64,000 nucleotides of DNA, from NCBI RefSeq assembly GCF_964355755.1, contig NC_092674.1, forward strand, positions 30,442,001 through 30,506,000. Reading direction: 5' to 3'. A program made the translations under genes and the position numbers. The notes under the pieces are model-generated. The model ran no database searches and had not been told where the DNA came from. It worked only from the letters and a program-made list of their open reading frames with translations. The stretch is from Antedon mediterranea. Its lineage: Eukaryota > Animalia > Echinodermata. Below are positions 25,909 to 40,900 of this stretch, in pieces (the stretch's first letter is position 1; each line of letters opens with the position of its first letter).

Positions 25909-28900
25909 ATGGGCGTTTTAAAGACTTGTTTGAAGACTGCAAGCTGGTTCCCCGTGTTGTTTATTTCGCTTGTAGTCGCATGGTCCTACTATGCATATGT
26001 TGTAGAGTTATGTTTTTGTAAGTATGGTATAAAAATCTATTTTTCCTAGGCCGGTATACTATAATTTACCTAGCTAGTCTAGCCTACAATTTGTGGCCTA
26101 CTGCTAGTAATTTGATGACGTTTGGGCGGCGATCACAGCAGCAGCAGTGGGGGTGACAGTACCACTGTCGATCAGACATTATTCTCACTGTCTTTTCATA
26201 TAGCCTCATTTAGATCCAAAAGATTGAATTTTTATAGAAGAAAAATTAAAAAAAATTTCTTTCCAATATGAATATTAATAATAAAGGTTTACTCATGCAT
26301 GTAAATTTCAAAATATACCAACAAAATATGCAATTAATTGATAAATTTAAATCATAAAATAGGCCTAATTTAATATAATAATAATAGATATGTTGAAAAA
26401 GGTGCAATCATGAATTTGTTAATGTTTTTTTCTGGCAATAAATGAAAATTTTAATTATATATGTCACGTGTACCAAAAATAAAAATAAATCTATCAAAAA
26501 ATGTGTTCAGTCATATAGGGCCTACATATTATTATTACTAGTTTTATAAATAATATAAAAAGAAAGAATATCTAATTGTAGGGCATCTCCACTGCCTGAG
26601 TTAATAAGGTTTATCGCAAATAGCGGACGCATACATACGTATGTTGTTTGTACTTTGTGACATTTGCTCCCAAACCCATCCCATCAAAATCAAGCTACTG
26701 TATTTATGATAAACCTTATTCAAAGTCTTCTTACTCCACTACCTTTACAAGTAAAATTATACTTAAAAATTTAGATTTTTTTTTTCAGATACACTTGCTA
26801 CAGATCCTTATAATAACATTGGACAAGCTGGTAAGTTTTCTCATTCTTAATGCGATATGCAGTACTTAGACAAGAAACATCACAATATGCATACATTTAC
26901 ATGTCTAGTCAAAATGCAAAGTAACTGTAAAAAAAGCTATTCAACATTTAACTTTAGAATTTACAGTTAAGTATACTTTAATAACATGTTATAAACACAA
27001 CAGGCACAGAACATGAATTCTAAAACCGCCCGGTCATAAATTGAAATTTAATTGATTAATTTGAAATGATATATTTTTGAAATAATAGAAAACTTGTTTA
27101 GTACTTACTTAATTTAAAATCATTTTGTATAATAAAATTGGTATGGTAATATCATTATCAATTGAGTTTATATATTTTATTAACAATTTTTCTATTATTA
27201 TTATTATTTTATAAATCAAGTTATTATACAATATTCCATCTGCTATAATTTGTTTTAAAGATGATAATAAATATTATGCATGTGATCCTGTTTTGTAAAT
27301 TTTCCAATCAATTTTCTGAATAACAATTAAATGTTAGTAAGTTGACATTTAAACGGTCTGATTGCCCGGCATCAACTAATGCAATCGAAATCTTGAATGA
27401 ACGACAGCGGCGGATAAAATTTGACATCGTCGGTTTGAAATTATTACTATGTGTATGGATAAGATGTAAATGTCATGGTTAACATGCATTGACACTTGAT
27501 ATCATATGTTATTCAAGAAAAAGGCATCATGAATAATAATCTGTAAAGATCAGGATGGGGAAAAAAGAATGCACAATGATGAACACAGTAACTATTCTAG
27601 GTCTTTTGATATCTTACTACTAATACTGTACACTACCTGTAGTACTCTCATGGTACAGTAGGATCCCCCTTATTAATTTAACTCTTTCCTGTTTACAGTT
27701 TATGTTAATAATAAACTTACTGTAGGAAAAATGCAGTCTTATTACATGTATTTAGTTTAAATTTATGTTCTTTAAAAGTTGAATTATATTTGAATTTTTG
27801 ACATACTTAGTATTTAAAACACCTTTGCTTGGTCTGTTTGTAACCTCTCGCTATGAACTAACTATTTATGGATGCCTTGACCACCCTCATATATGAAAGA
27901 ACTGTTTTAAATACAGTATCTAATTAATTAAAAGGTCACATGTTTTTTTTATGAATTCAGATGTTACAATTGTACTGTATATTATCATATTTTACTCTTG
28001 TCAACAGACGTAAATTTTTTTTTATAATGCCATGTTCTAGTAACCCACAGAAAACTTGGAATCATCTTCCTCAATCTCCCTCTTTCTGCTCACTATCAAA
28101 CTTGGACAAAAATTAATGTCCATTTATGAGCACATCACATTCTTTTGTCACATACAGATAGATAGTGTAGACAGAGCTTTAGTCTGTGGTACACAAATGT
28201 TTGTAAGTTGTATGAGTAGAATAGGGGTAGATCCGCTTGTTCTTCTTGACCACTGTTGGAAATTAAGTAGGGTTATTGTTTATGTTGTAGCAATGTTTTT
28301 ACATTGAAAATAAACTTAATTAGAAATGTTAAACCCATACAGTACTTTTTATCCTTTAAGCGTTGAATATTTTATAATTGTTTTTTATTAAAAATAAAAG
28401 TAGTTATAAATTCAATTGAGTTATAGAATTATTGTCAACATATTTTACTGGAGGCAGACAATCTGTTTCAATTCGTATTATCTATGGAACTTTATAATTT
28501 GCATAAATCAAATCATTAGGGATCAAGAATTGATGATTTAGAGTTCACATGTTGTTGGGTCAATACACGACAAATTTAGCAAAGTTGTTGAAGAAAAGTA
28601 CAATTGTATTACTTTATTTGTTCTAATTCATTCATTATATTTATTTTCCATAAAATAAAACAAAATAAAACAAGTAGATCAATGATGATTAAAATGATAT
28701 GGTACTGTATACAGTAAAATGGAAGGATGCCTTTATAGGACAAAATGTCACTTAAGCTAAGGCCACCGGTGATAAACAAATTCCACAACAAATTGAAATG
28801 AAAATTATAATAATAATGAAATTGTAGATTGAAATGATATGTTGGTGTAAGTTGTGATTGTGGACATGAATCATAAATACTTCAAGTTAACATTAACTAC

Positions 28901-31900
28901 TGTCATTTCCTAAAATCATTACGACAATTTACTTTATAATGCGAGTACGTGAAAGTGATATTTGAAATATGTATTTGGATTGTACTTGCTTGCTATTTAT
29001 ACTGGCAAACAACCAGCCTAGCAAACAAAATACCAGACATCTTATTTCTGTACCAATATCTCCAGAGACTAAATAGCTAATTATGAAACCATTTTTTTCC
29101 TTTCGTTCTTTTAATTTGATTATTATAATCAGTATTACACCGGTACTCATTAGGTCAACGAAAGAAACATTATTAATAATAATATATGATTTTGCAACCA
29201 ACAATGATTTGCTAATGAATTTACGCATAGGATAATGATATTATAATTGTGTTGTTGTTGTAGACATATTGTCATAGTATTATTAACTGCATAATCATCC
29301 CATTACAGTAATTGGGTTCATAAATGAGGAAGAATATAATTCCCTGAGATTGTGTGTGGATTGGGGTTTCTTTTGGTCAATGTAGTAAATATGTTAAAAG
29401 TGTTGTTTGTGTTACTGTGAGTTTTAAAGCTCGGTTCTATAATACTAGAGACCAACACAAGGACATAATCGCAATTTAAGTAATTTGACCAATCACTGGC
29501 GATGGATTATTTGAATTGTCGTTCATCATTAGTAAATTCTCTTACGTCTACAGTACGTTGTTGCTTTGCGTCTGTATATAGGAACCAAACTTTACTACCA
29601 GGACGCAGCGCAAGCATGTATAAATGCATGTAATTTGATCTATACAACCAAAAGTTTTTCTTTTGTGATTAATTTACATGTGTAGCATTTACAGTATGTC
29701 ATTGCATCACATTCTAGTGTGAACAAGCCTTGTCTACCTGTGTAGCATTTACAGTATGTCATTGCATCACATTCTAGTGTGAACAAGCCTTCTCTGTCTA
29801 CACTGTCAAACTAGTTTGACAAAAAAAGTGTGATGTGACCAAAATTTGGTAGTGATATCCTCAAATATGGTAGGGATATAACATCATCATGTCCATATAT
29901 GGGCACATCACACTTTTTTTAATATTGTAGACAGCGCTTTAAAGATGAATAATTGACATAGAGGTAAGAGAATCCAGAATTGGTTTGAGTTTTTATAAGT
30001 TATAATAATTTTAAAATTATTTCTTTTTTTCAGTGGTGTACCTTATATTTTATCATATATTATTGGTGATGTTTGCATGGTCATATGCCAAGACAATTTT
30101 TACGTCTGGTGGAGCGATTCCGGACGAGGTAAATAATTAATGTTTAAATTCATTCTTCTAAGCTAATAAATAGTTTATAGTCAACTACAGTATATTCAAA
30201 CGATGTGAACTTTTGTTTAGTGAAACATAAACAGTGTTTATCTATCTTGAAACACTGAAATCATTATTTTAATGTTGAGGAGTCATGTATGGCAAACCAA
30301 GTCTGTAATCAATCCAAACCATTTACCGTCAAACCATTGATTTGGTTTTTCAAAGAATGATTTGGATAGAAAAAATAGATGATATGTTATTCAATTGTTT
30401 GAATTGAGTACTTTTTGGCAGAATTGGCTCATCATAGTTCCTATTCTGTTACTACTTTCGCTGTACTTAAGCCTCTAGTTCTTATGTGTCTGTAGTTGTA
30501 AATCATTATTTATAAACTTAAGCATAGAATCTATTGTAAGTTGATGCTTTTAGACATAGGAGCATATTTACAGCAATGTAGCGGATATTTCTGAAGCAAT
30601 TTCATTAGAGACATTATTTTAAATGAGCTTAACTGTCATTTGAACTTTTTTGCAGCATTTTATGCATGTACAAATCAATGTCGTTCTACACTGGTGTTTT
30701 TTTAGTTCCACAATCTAAAAACCATTTCAACAAATACAATAAAATAATAAGAAATAACTAAGATATCAATTTTATTTGTTGCTGGTTTGAAATCCAAATC
30801 CATTGAAAATTAACATAAAGACATTTTGTCTTTATGTTATTAAAATTGCTTGTTTGCTTTAAGGTCATCTATTTTAGCTCCAAAGTAAATCCCTTTTTCT
30901 AAAAATGGATTATTCTAAAAAAAAGTCTAGAATTGATACAAATTATGTGCACATAACAAGTGTGATATTTAACTACTAAACTCTCTAATGGCTTTCTATG
31001 GATATTTTTAATAATTATTTAATTTTTTTGTCTCTGTTTTTGTAACAAATTATCATATAATTGTTACTTTCACTAGACCTACTGTATAGTATAATTACTT
31101 CTTAATAATTAATTAATAATAAAATACTAAATATTGTATTTTATAAACCATCACCACAGTCCACTAATAAGTTTGATTACATGATAATAAAACAAACTCT
31201 GAAGATAATGAGTGATTAGTCATTATCAAATTCAATATTTTGAACTAAAATCTGTATATTTATTTATATTTCGTTTTATAGTATAATATATTATATTTGT
31301 TAGTTTTTTTCTATACAATACTGTATAATTGCTGCTTCCTATTGGTTGATGATTTCTTTATTTTTTTGTTTTTTTTAAATAATAAATTGTTTTTTTGTAG
31401 TTTTACTTATCAAAGGCAGACTTGGAAAGAATTGAAGCTGAAGATAGAACAGATAGAAAAGATGAAATATTAAAGCAGATATCGCATAATCTACCTGTAC
31501 ACACTAGAACTCTAGGAGGAGGTTAGTGTTCAAGATTTGTAATGTTGTAATCATTAAACTAAAAAAAAAGGATCTTGCAGATCAGGCACATGATATATCC
31601 AGAGAGAGTTGTTATTAAATAATAACAACTCCCTATATAACAAAAGTTCTTAGGAATAGTAAACTGCTTTTTGTCCCCCCCCCCCCCACCTTCCCTCCTA
31701 CTTTTTCTATGACACCCCATTCTCTCATCAATACCCTTTCCCCTCTCAATCCTCTTTCCTCAATCAAGTTAACTGGGCAGAACAAAATAATGGGGTTGTA
31801 ATGTACATTTGGCCATTTTACCATTTTCCTGTAATACAGTACAGGGATTATACTGTAGTACAGAGAACATTATATGATAATGATTTCTACAAAAGATAGA

Positions 31901-34900
31901 GCATGCAAACACTTTCATGTTTTCTGTGATTTGATTTCAGGTATGCGTTACTGTTCTATATGTAAATCTGTTAAACCAGACAGGTGCCATCATTGTTCTG
32001 TATGTGAAAGGTAAGAATAAGCAGATATGTAATAATGCATCCCTCGTCAAGACATTGCTTTAATAATTGCCTAATAAGGACAAATTCTTCATATTCAAAT
32101 TCTTCATATTCAAATATATCCAAATTTTAATGTCTTTCATTTATTTATGCATAGTAAACCTTTTTTGAAAAGAAAAATTGAATGTTCACATGTTTCTAGG
32201 AATTGTATTATATTTTATATGGTTAATATCATTTTATTTTCTTAACTATTGGTGATATAAATGCAAAATATATGATAAAAACCATTAAACGCATGGTATT
32301 AATGCGTTTACTGATGCGTATCCTCATAAACGAGGTCTCCTATGAGAAGGGCAGTTACTAAATGCCTCGCGGCCATATGCTTGATATCTTTATCTATATG
32401 ATCATAAAGACATTTAAGATGCAGTCAAATTCAAAGATTTAAATTAACATGCTTTTAGTTCAATTATAGAAAATGTACATGCAACCATTTTGATGTAATC
32501 TTAATACCATAAGATAAAATGCAACATTTGTTGAATGAACTAATAAAATAATAAAATGTGTTATTTTTTTTTTAGTTTTAAAATACCTTTTCAATCCTTC
32601 CTACTTTAATTAATGATCTGTCTCTGTACATTCTCAATCATAATTGTTGAATCTTTGTATAATATTTTATAAATTTTACATTTAATAATTTTGTTTGCTT
32701 GAAGTAGTGAAAAAAAACATTTTTTTTTATATTCCATCCACCATGTCTCTTTATATAAAATGCTGCTTCAATGCTGTACAGCTCAATCTTGTAGTGTCGG
32801 AGGACACTCAGTCACGCTTGAATGAATCTCACGACAATTCAGTGATAACATCACAGTCATATATTAATGTTGGTACATTAGTAATCTACTACTTTAGTAA
32901 AGCTATACATTAATGGAATATATGTACATTTATTTAATGTGCTTCAGTTTTATAGGGGTTAGCTTATAAAATATCTTTTTATTTTTCTCAAGTAAAATAT
33001 AATTTTTTTTTGTGTTTGAATATTAAAAACATCTTACTGTATTTTCAAAATTATGAATATTTTTCTCCGACCTGCAGCAGGTCATGACCTGACCTGTAGG
33101 TCAAAGTCTGACCTGTATGATGCAACATGTAGGGACAGTGACTGACTTATTTTAGTGTCTATGTCGTCCCTCGACCAAATGACACTTTGTTGTTTTTGTA
33201 TATATAAGTTTTCTCATCTAATTATAAAGATTTTTTTTGGGAAAAATTCGCTTAGCTTATAAATTGTATGGATGTTTTTGTTTTGCAGGTGTATTTTGAA
33301 GATGGACCACCATTGTCCGTGGGTTAATAATTGTGTTGGATTCACCAACTATAAGTTTTTCGTTCTGTTTCTGTTTTATGCATTGACTTACTGTTTATAC
33401 GTAGCTGCCACGGTCCTCCCATATTTTATTAAATTTTGGTCGGTAAGTACAATTTGTTCTTTCACACTTGCTCTGGTACAGCTCTGGTTCCAGTTCAGTT
33501 TAGAGTACAACATTAGAGACTTTTCTGGATGTAGTTATTAGCTTCCAAATGTGGAATAAATGTATTACAAAATGTTTCATCCATTTTTTTGTTTGTTGGG
33601 TATAATAAGCCTACCATTTTGAATCAGATTTGTACTCAAGAAAATCAACTTATTCAGAATCGGTTCCTACATACATGAATAACTGATAATTGTTAATTTG
33701 CAATCTTTTCTCTTTTTGTTTTGTTTGAAATAAAGGAAATGCATAAATGATTAAGATGAAATGTTAAAAATATTGCATGTTATCTTGGACAAAATTTTAA
33801 CGCTGATATTTTATCAGAATTATTTTAAATTGAAACAAATGTTGACAGCAAAGTCACATTTAAGTGCATTTAACAATAAATGATTCATTACTATGCTTGA
33901 CAGCAGCAAAGGATTAGTATATAGTGTACATTGCAATCAGAATCTATGTACACATTTCTACATTTGGAACATTCAAAACACATTATTTTTGGTATTGAAA
34001 TATACCATGCATGATGAAAAATAGGTTAAAAATGTAATAACTTAATGTAAAAATATATGAAAATATTCAATGTGATAGACCACTTTAAATAACAATATCA
34101 ATACTTATTTTGTTTTTTTTTAATTAAGAAAATAACATTTCTTGTTGATATTGATTTGTTTTTTTGCTGTGGTTGCAACATTCAGGATGTAGGCGGTGCA
34201 GATATGAGCTTCCAAGTAATGTTCCTGTTCCTAATGGCAGCCATATTTGCGCTTAGTGTAGTCACCCTCTTAATGTACCACATCCAACTGTCCGGCATAA
34301 ACCGTTCAACACTAGGTAGGCCAGCTTTGATATTTATACTTTTAAATTTCTTTTTTCATGTTGGTTAGGGAGAGTTGGGTGATGAGTCTAGCAAGTTTCA
34401 TATTTTGTTCCTGTTTTTCGCGGCAGCCATGTTTGCCGTGAGCGTTCTTGCTCTACTAGGAATGCACACTCACCTCGTTCTCACCAACAGGAGCACCCTT
34501 GGTAAGACTTTTGGTTCAAAGGTCGTGTTAAGGCTGATAATGGTATTCCTTTATTTCACAGTGAATAGAGACTTTTCTCAATGCCTCGTAAACCTGATTC
34601 ATTCCATTCCAAATACTTCTGTTCATCTCTATTTACATTCTTACATTAAAACGAAAACAACAATTTTATTTTAATTTAACTTTTTATCATTAAGCAAAAT
34701 TAGTAAACAAAATCCAGTTTCAAAATCGTTTGAAATTGACCTTTCTTTCAAAAAAATTGTACATTTTAAATCTAATTGCTGGTGTTCTTTACTAGCACTG
34801 CTACACAGTATACTGCTCGCATAGATTGTGAGGCATCATCTAGGTACCTTAAATGTCCCTCAAATTCAACTCTATTCACCACCTTTTCTTTATTGTTATC

Positions 34901-37900
34901 CGTCTACATACGACTGAACCTTTCAGATTATAACATTATTTATTTTTTGTTTGTTGACTTTGTTTTTGTTTCCTAATAGCATGAATATATGGTTTGTATT
35001 TTTTTTACTGGTTTGGTACTGTAAACATTATTTTGTTTTTACGTTAATTGCGAGGTTGCAATATTAATAAATCTGATATTTTGGTTTTGGTTTTAGTGTT
35101 TTCTTTTTGTTATGTTTTATTTAGAAATCAATAGTCACAGTTACAAAAAACAATTTTACTATGTGTATGTTTTAATCTATTATTATTTTTATCATTATTC
35201 AATATATATTTCTTACAATTATTTGTGTTTATAAAATATAATTTTGCTTATTTTAATCAAAAGAATGTTTATACATGTACCCATCATGGTGTGTACCAAA
35301 AGTAATATTTATTACCCACTCTAAATTTTGGAGTAATTATTTCATGCCAGTCCTACTTTCACCTATCTTGTTCAAGATGGCAAAGGCAACTTACTCTGGT
35401 TCATGTTCAATATCATTGACTTAAGCTCTGTCTACACTATCAAACTTTATGTGACAAAAAAATGTGATGTGCCCATATATGGACATGATGATGTCATATC
35501 ACTACCATATTTGGGCATATCACACCAAGTTTGATAGTGTAGACAGAACTTTATGCAGTAAATGAATGCTAATCTTTATAACATACAATTGCATGTATTC
35601 AGTGGAAACATACTTATTCTTTCATTGATTAACATGGTTATAACTTACTTAGAGTCGTTCCGTGCTCCTGTCTTCCGCCACGGACCAGATAAGGAAGGAT
35701 TCAGCCGGGGAAGTTTCTGCAACAACTTCCGTGAAGTATTTGGCGATGAGAAAAAAATGTGGCCACTACCAATCTTCACAAGGTATAAATAATTTTGTTT
35801 GTGTAATCAATTTGTTTACATGTTTCCATTCTGCTTGTTTTGTGTCCTGTTCTCATTCTAATATTTTTGCAATTTGTTTAAATCTCAAAATCTCAATCTC
35901 ATTTCTCAGTCTCTCTAAACAGAACCTACTATATTTAAAATATATTTTGTTTGTAATGTTGTTACTCATTCATAATAACATTAAATTAACATTCAATATA
36001 TTTTGTTGACTAACTGTAGTAAAGGAAGCGGGTCAATGTTTCCTAACTACTACAATAATGCTCACATGTTCCCTCCGTACCGGTGAGTACAAGGGTAGCA
36101 CACATTGCACAGTTCCCTCCGTACCGGTGAGTACAAGGGTAGCACACATTGCACAGTTCCCTCCGTACCGGTGAGTACAAGGGTAGCACACATTGCACAG
36201 TTCCCTCCGTACCGGTGAGTACAAGGGTAGCACACATTGCACAGTTCCCTCCGTACCGGTGAGTACAAGGGTAGCGCACATTGCACAGTTCCCTCCGTAC
36301 CGGTGAGTACAAGGGTAGCGCACATTGCACAGTTTCCTTCGTACCGGTGAGTACAAGGGTAGCGCACCATGCACAGTTCCCTCCGTACCGGTGAGTACAA
36401 GGGTAGCGCACATTGCACAGTTCCCTCCGTACCGTTGAGTACAAGGGTAGCACACATTGCACAGTTCCCTCCGTACCGGTGAGTACAAGGGTAGCGCACC
36501 ATGCACAGTTCCCTCCGTACCGGTGAGTACAAGGGTAGCACACATTGCACAGTTCCCTCCGTACCGGTGAGTACAAGGGTAGCGCACCATGCACAGTTCC
36601 CTCCGTACCGGTGAGTACAAGGGTAGCACACATTGCACAGTTCCCTCCGTACCAGTGAGTACAAGGGTAGCGCACATTGCACAGTTCCCTCCGTACCGGT
36701 GAGTACAAGGGTAGCGCACATTGCACAGTTCCCTCCGTACCGGTGAGTACAAGGGTAGCACACATTGCACAGTTCCCTCCGTACCGGTGAGTACAAGGGT
36801 AGCACACATTGCACAGTTCCCTCCGTACCGGTGAGTACAAGGGTAGCGCACATTGCACAGTTCTCTCCGTACCGGTGAGTACAAGGGTAGCGCACATTGC
36901 ACAGTTCTCTCCGTACCGGTGAGTACAAGGGTAGCGCACATTGCACAGTTCCCTCCGTACCGGTGAGTACAAGGGTAGCACACATTGCACAGTTCCCTCC
37001 GTACCAGTGAGTACAAGGGTAGCGCACATTGCACAGTTCCCTCCGTACCGGTGAGTACAAGGGTAGCGCACATTGCACAGTTCCCTCCGTACCGGTGAGT
37101 ACAAGGGTAGCACACATTGCACAGTTCCCTCCGTACCGGTGAGTACAAGGGTAGCGCACATTGCACAGTTCCCTCCGTACCGGTGAGTACAAGGGTAGCA
37201 CACATTGCACAGTTCCCTCCGTACCGGTGAGTACAAGGGTAGCGCACATTGCACAGTTCCCTCCATACCGGTGAGTACAAGGGTAGCACACATTGCACCG
37301 GTGGTGTCGCCCCAAAAACATTAAATTGTAATGGCAATGTAGTAGCTTAGTGGTTAACATGTCTAAATCTGTATCTACACTAGCAAACTAGTTTGAGTTG
37401 CCCAAATATGGTAGTAATCATCACCATGGGCACATAACATTTTTTTGTTACATAAAGTTTGATAGTGTAGACAGAGCTTCGTATAGTATAGTACAAGGAA
37501 TTTTATTTTATACCATATATTAATGTGGATAATTCTTTTTCTTCCGTTATAACTGGGCTAAGTTGCACCCAGGTGAGGATGACACACATATAGCAACTTT
37601 CAAAGGATTCCTTGTAATCGCACAGGTGCCACCAAATGGAACTCATTCATCATTCCACAATGACAATAATGAACCAAATATTAATGTGAACTACCTCAGT
37701 GGCTCCGGTCAAGTTTGACCTACATACCAAATCTCATTTTATCTAAATCCTAAACTAATATATTTACTTTTATTACATCTAATGTGTGTCTTTTCTTTTT
37801 AGTACCATGTCATGGTTTTTTGGGGAAAAGTAGTTAAAATCAAAAAAGTAGAAAACATTCAATAGTTTTATCAACCATGATTTATTATTAAAATGAAAAA

Positions 37901-40900
37901 TTAACAATGTTTTTATCTTTTCAGCAAAGGGGATGGCATACGCTACCCTATACAAGCTAGAGATGAAGATTCTGACCGCCTTCTGGATGGTCCACCTGAA
38001 GATGACCTTGAAAGTGAGATGACCAGTGGAGCGGAAGATTCTAAAAATCAAGGTATGAGGAAATAAACAATTTTTACTATTACAAGTGTTTCTACTTTGA
38101 TACAATAATAGCATTTAAGGTAAGAATGTCAGCTAATGGATTTCTGATTTTAAATTTGTGAAGACTGCCCTCATCTCTAAATATCCAACGAGTGTCTTCG
38201 ATTAGACTATCATAACTTTGTTGCAGTTTTCTTTGCTCTTGTTGCTGTTTTCATGTTGTTTTCATTGTGTTTTTGTAGATTGTATACTTTACTGTACACC
38301 ACATAAACGTTCTATGTTGCTATTATCTTCTGGATACTACCATACCATTAGAATCTGCTTTTTAACACATTTCAAAATATCTTTTTATTTCCATAACATA
38401 AGTTAAACTTTTTCCATGGACACTTGCATAAACAACCCATTCAAGACACCAATTATGCTTGTCTAAAGCTCTGGTTACACCATCAAACTTTATGTGACAA
38501 AAAAATGTGATGTGCCCAAATATGGAAGTGATATGCGCAAATATGGTAGTGCTATGACCATCATGTCCATATATGGGCACATCACATTTTTTTGTCAAAT
38601 AAAGTTCGATAGTGTAGACAGAGCTTTAGTTTACAATAAATGGGCAAAACTGTTACCTACTAACTTTTTCCAAAGATACTGTCACAACCAGTAGTGGATC
38701 CAGGATTGTTTTTAAAAAGGGAGCACTAACACGTATTAATAGTCATAAATATCAAAAAGTATTTTATAATTTCAAAAGGGGTAGCACACCCCTTCCGAGA
38801 TCTGCCCCAGAAAACTAAAACTCATTGTTGCTTTCTGCATTGTTGATAATTTTCTTTGCTTTTTGTTTAGGAAAAGGAAACTTGCATGCAAGCATTCAGG
38901 AGAGTGTCAACTACAGTACAATTATCGAATCAGATAAAGCCCCTCTAAGAGAAGTGGCTCAGCCAAGTAGGATATAATCTTCTTCCTGAGTGGCTAGTTG
39001 ACTTTTAGCTCCGCCCACTTTTAGCTTAGCACCATCAATCAGCTTTTTCCTTTTATATATTATGTTTGTGAATTGTTGTCAGGATTTGATCATGTTTTTA
39101 ACTTTGCTCTTTTCAAAGCTCCATACTTTTAATCTATGTATAACATTTGCTAATGTTATTTTAAGCAAACATTTTTTAATGCATTCACATCATCAAATTC
39201 TTGACTGAAATTAAAACGTTTTGTTGCAAAAAGCATTGAAGCATGTTATGTTTACATTTTGTGGGATTCTTTAGTTGTGTTTTTTCTATCTCACTGTATT
39301 TTAATGTTTCTTCTTTTGCAAACCTTTTGTGAATATGTGTACACCATGTAATATCTTAACACATTTGATGAACTTTCACCTACAGTATTCAAACAATGTT
39401 CCTCACTTTCTAAAGCTATGTCTACACTATCAAACTTTATGTGACAAAAAAATGTGATGTGCCCATATATGGACATGGTTGTGATATATCACTACCATAT
39501 TTGGACACATCACACTTTTTTTGTCAAACTAGTTTGATAGTGTAGACAGAGCTTTATGGTATATATATTTTTATTGTAGTATTGTGGCTTAAGCAGCCTT
39601 TCATGTTGTAGAGAAAATCATTTTTTAAACATTTTTCTTTTTAATGTTTTATACCTTTAAAGTTTATAGTTTATAACTCACTACACATATCAATAACTGA
39701 TGGCAACTTATTACTATTGAATCTACATCTTAATTTTTGTACTAACACTTTATAACACTTTATTCTTAATTCTCTTTCCTTTATTTCACTTATATGTTAG
39801 ACATGCATATTTTTTACCATAAATATCATGGTACTAGTAGCAATATATAATACAGTGGAAACGCTATTAAGGGGAGACCTTCAGGACCAACAAAATGCCC
39901 TCTTAATAGGAGTTTGCTGTAATGTTAAAACATACATTGCCATTTGTTCATTTTACAAGTGTCCTCTTAATAGGAGTTTGCTGTAATGTTAAAACATACA
40001 TTGCCATTTGTTCATTTTACAAGTGCCCTCTTAATAGGAGTTTGCTGTAATGTTAAAACATACATTGCCCTTTGTTCATTTTACAAGTGCCCTCTTAATA
40101 GGAGTTTGCTGTAATGTTAAAACATACATTGCCATTTGTTCATTTTACAAGTGTCCTCTTAATAAGAGTGTCCCCTGTTTAAGAGTTGGCCATGGTATTA
40201 AAACATATATTGCCCCTTGTTCATTTCACACAGTGTCCTCTTAAAAGCATTGTCCCCTCAATAACAGTGTCCTCTTAAAAGCTTTGTCCCCTCAATAACA
40301 GTGTCCTCTTAAAAGCATTGTCCCCTCAATAACAGTGTCCTCTTAAAAGCATTGTCCCCTCAATAACAGTGTCCTCTTAAAAGCATTGTCCCCTCAATAA
40401 CAGTGTCCTCTTAAAAGCATTGTCCCCTCAATAACAGTGTCCTCTTAAAAGCATTGTCCCCTCAATAACAGTGTCCTCTTAAAAGCATTGTCCCCTCAAT
40501 AACAGTGTCCTCTTAAAAGCATTGTCCCCTCAATAACAGTGTCCTCTTAAAAGCATTGTCCCCTCAATAACAGTGTCCTCTTAAAAGCATTGTCCCCTCA
40601 ATAACAGTGTCCTCTTAAAAGCATTGTCCCCTCAATAACAGTTTCCTCTTAAAAGCATTGTCCCCTCAATAACAGTGTCCTCTTAAAAGCATTGTCCCCT
40701 CAATAACAGTGTCCGAAAGGAGAGATTGTACTATATTATACCTTAAAGGAAGACCAACACACAATTCTCTGACTGTACCAAATTAAAAGCAAATTTTTAG
40801 AATGTTATTGCCATTTTTGTGTTGATAACATTCCAAATTTATTTTAATCTTTTTTCAGTGCATATTAAAATATTTTTTAATTAACTAATTTGTTTTTGTT

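Noticed and set aside
36033-37360. Three 416-434-aa Cys-rich ORFs on the minus strand
   Set aside because: Artefact of a 44-bp tandem repeat with no stop on that strand; all three frames give the same permuted peptide.
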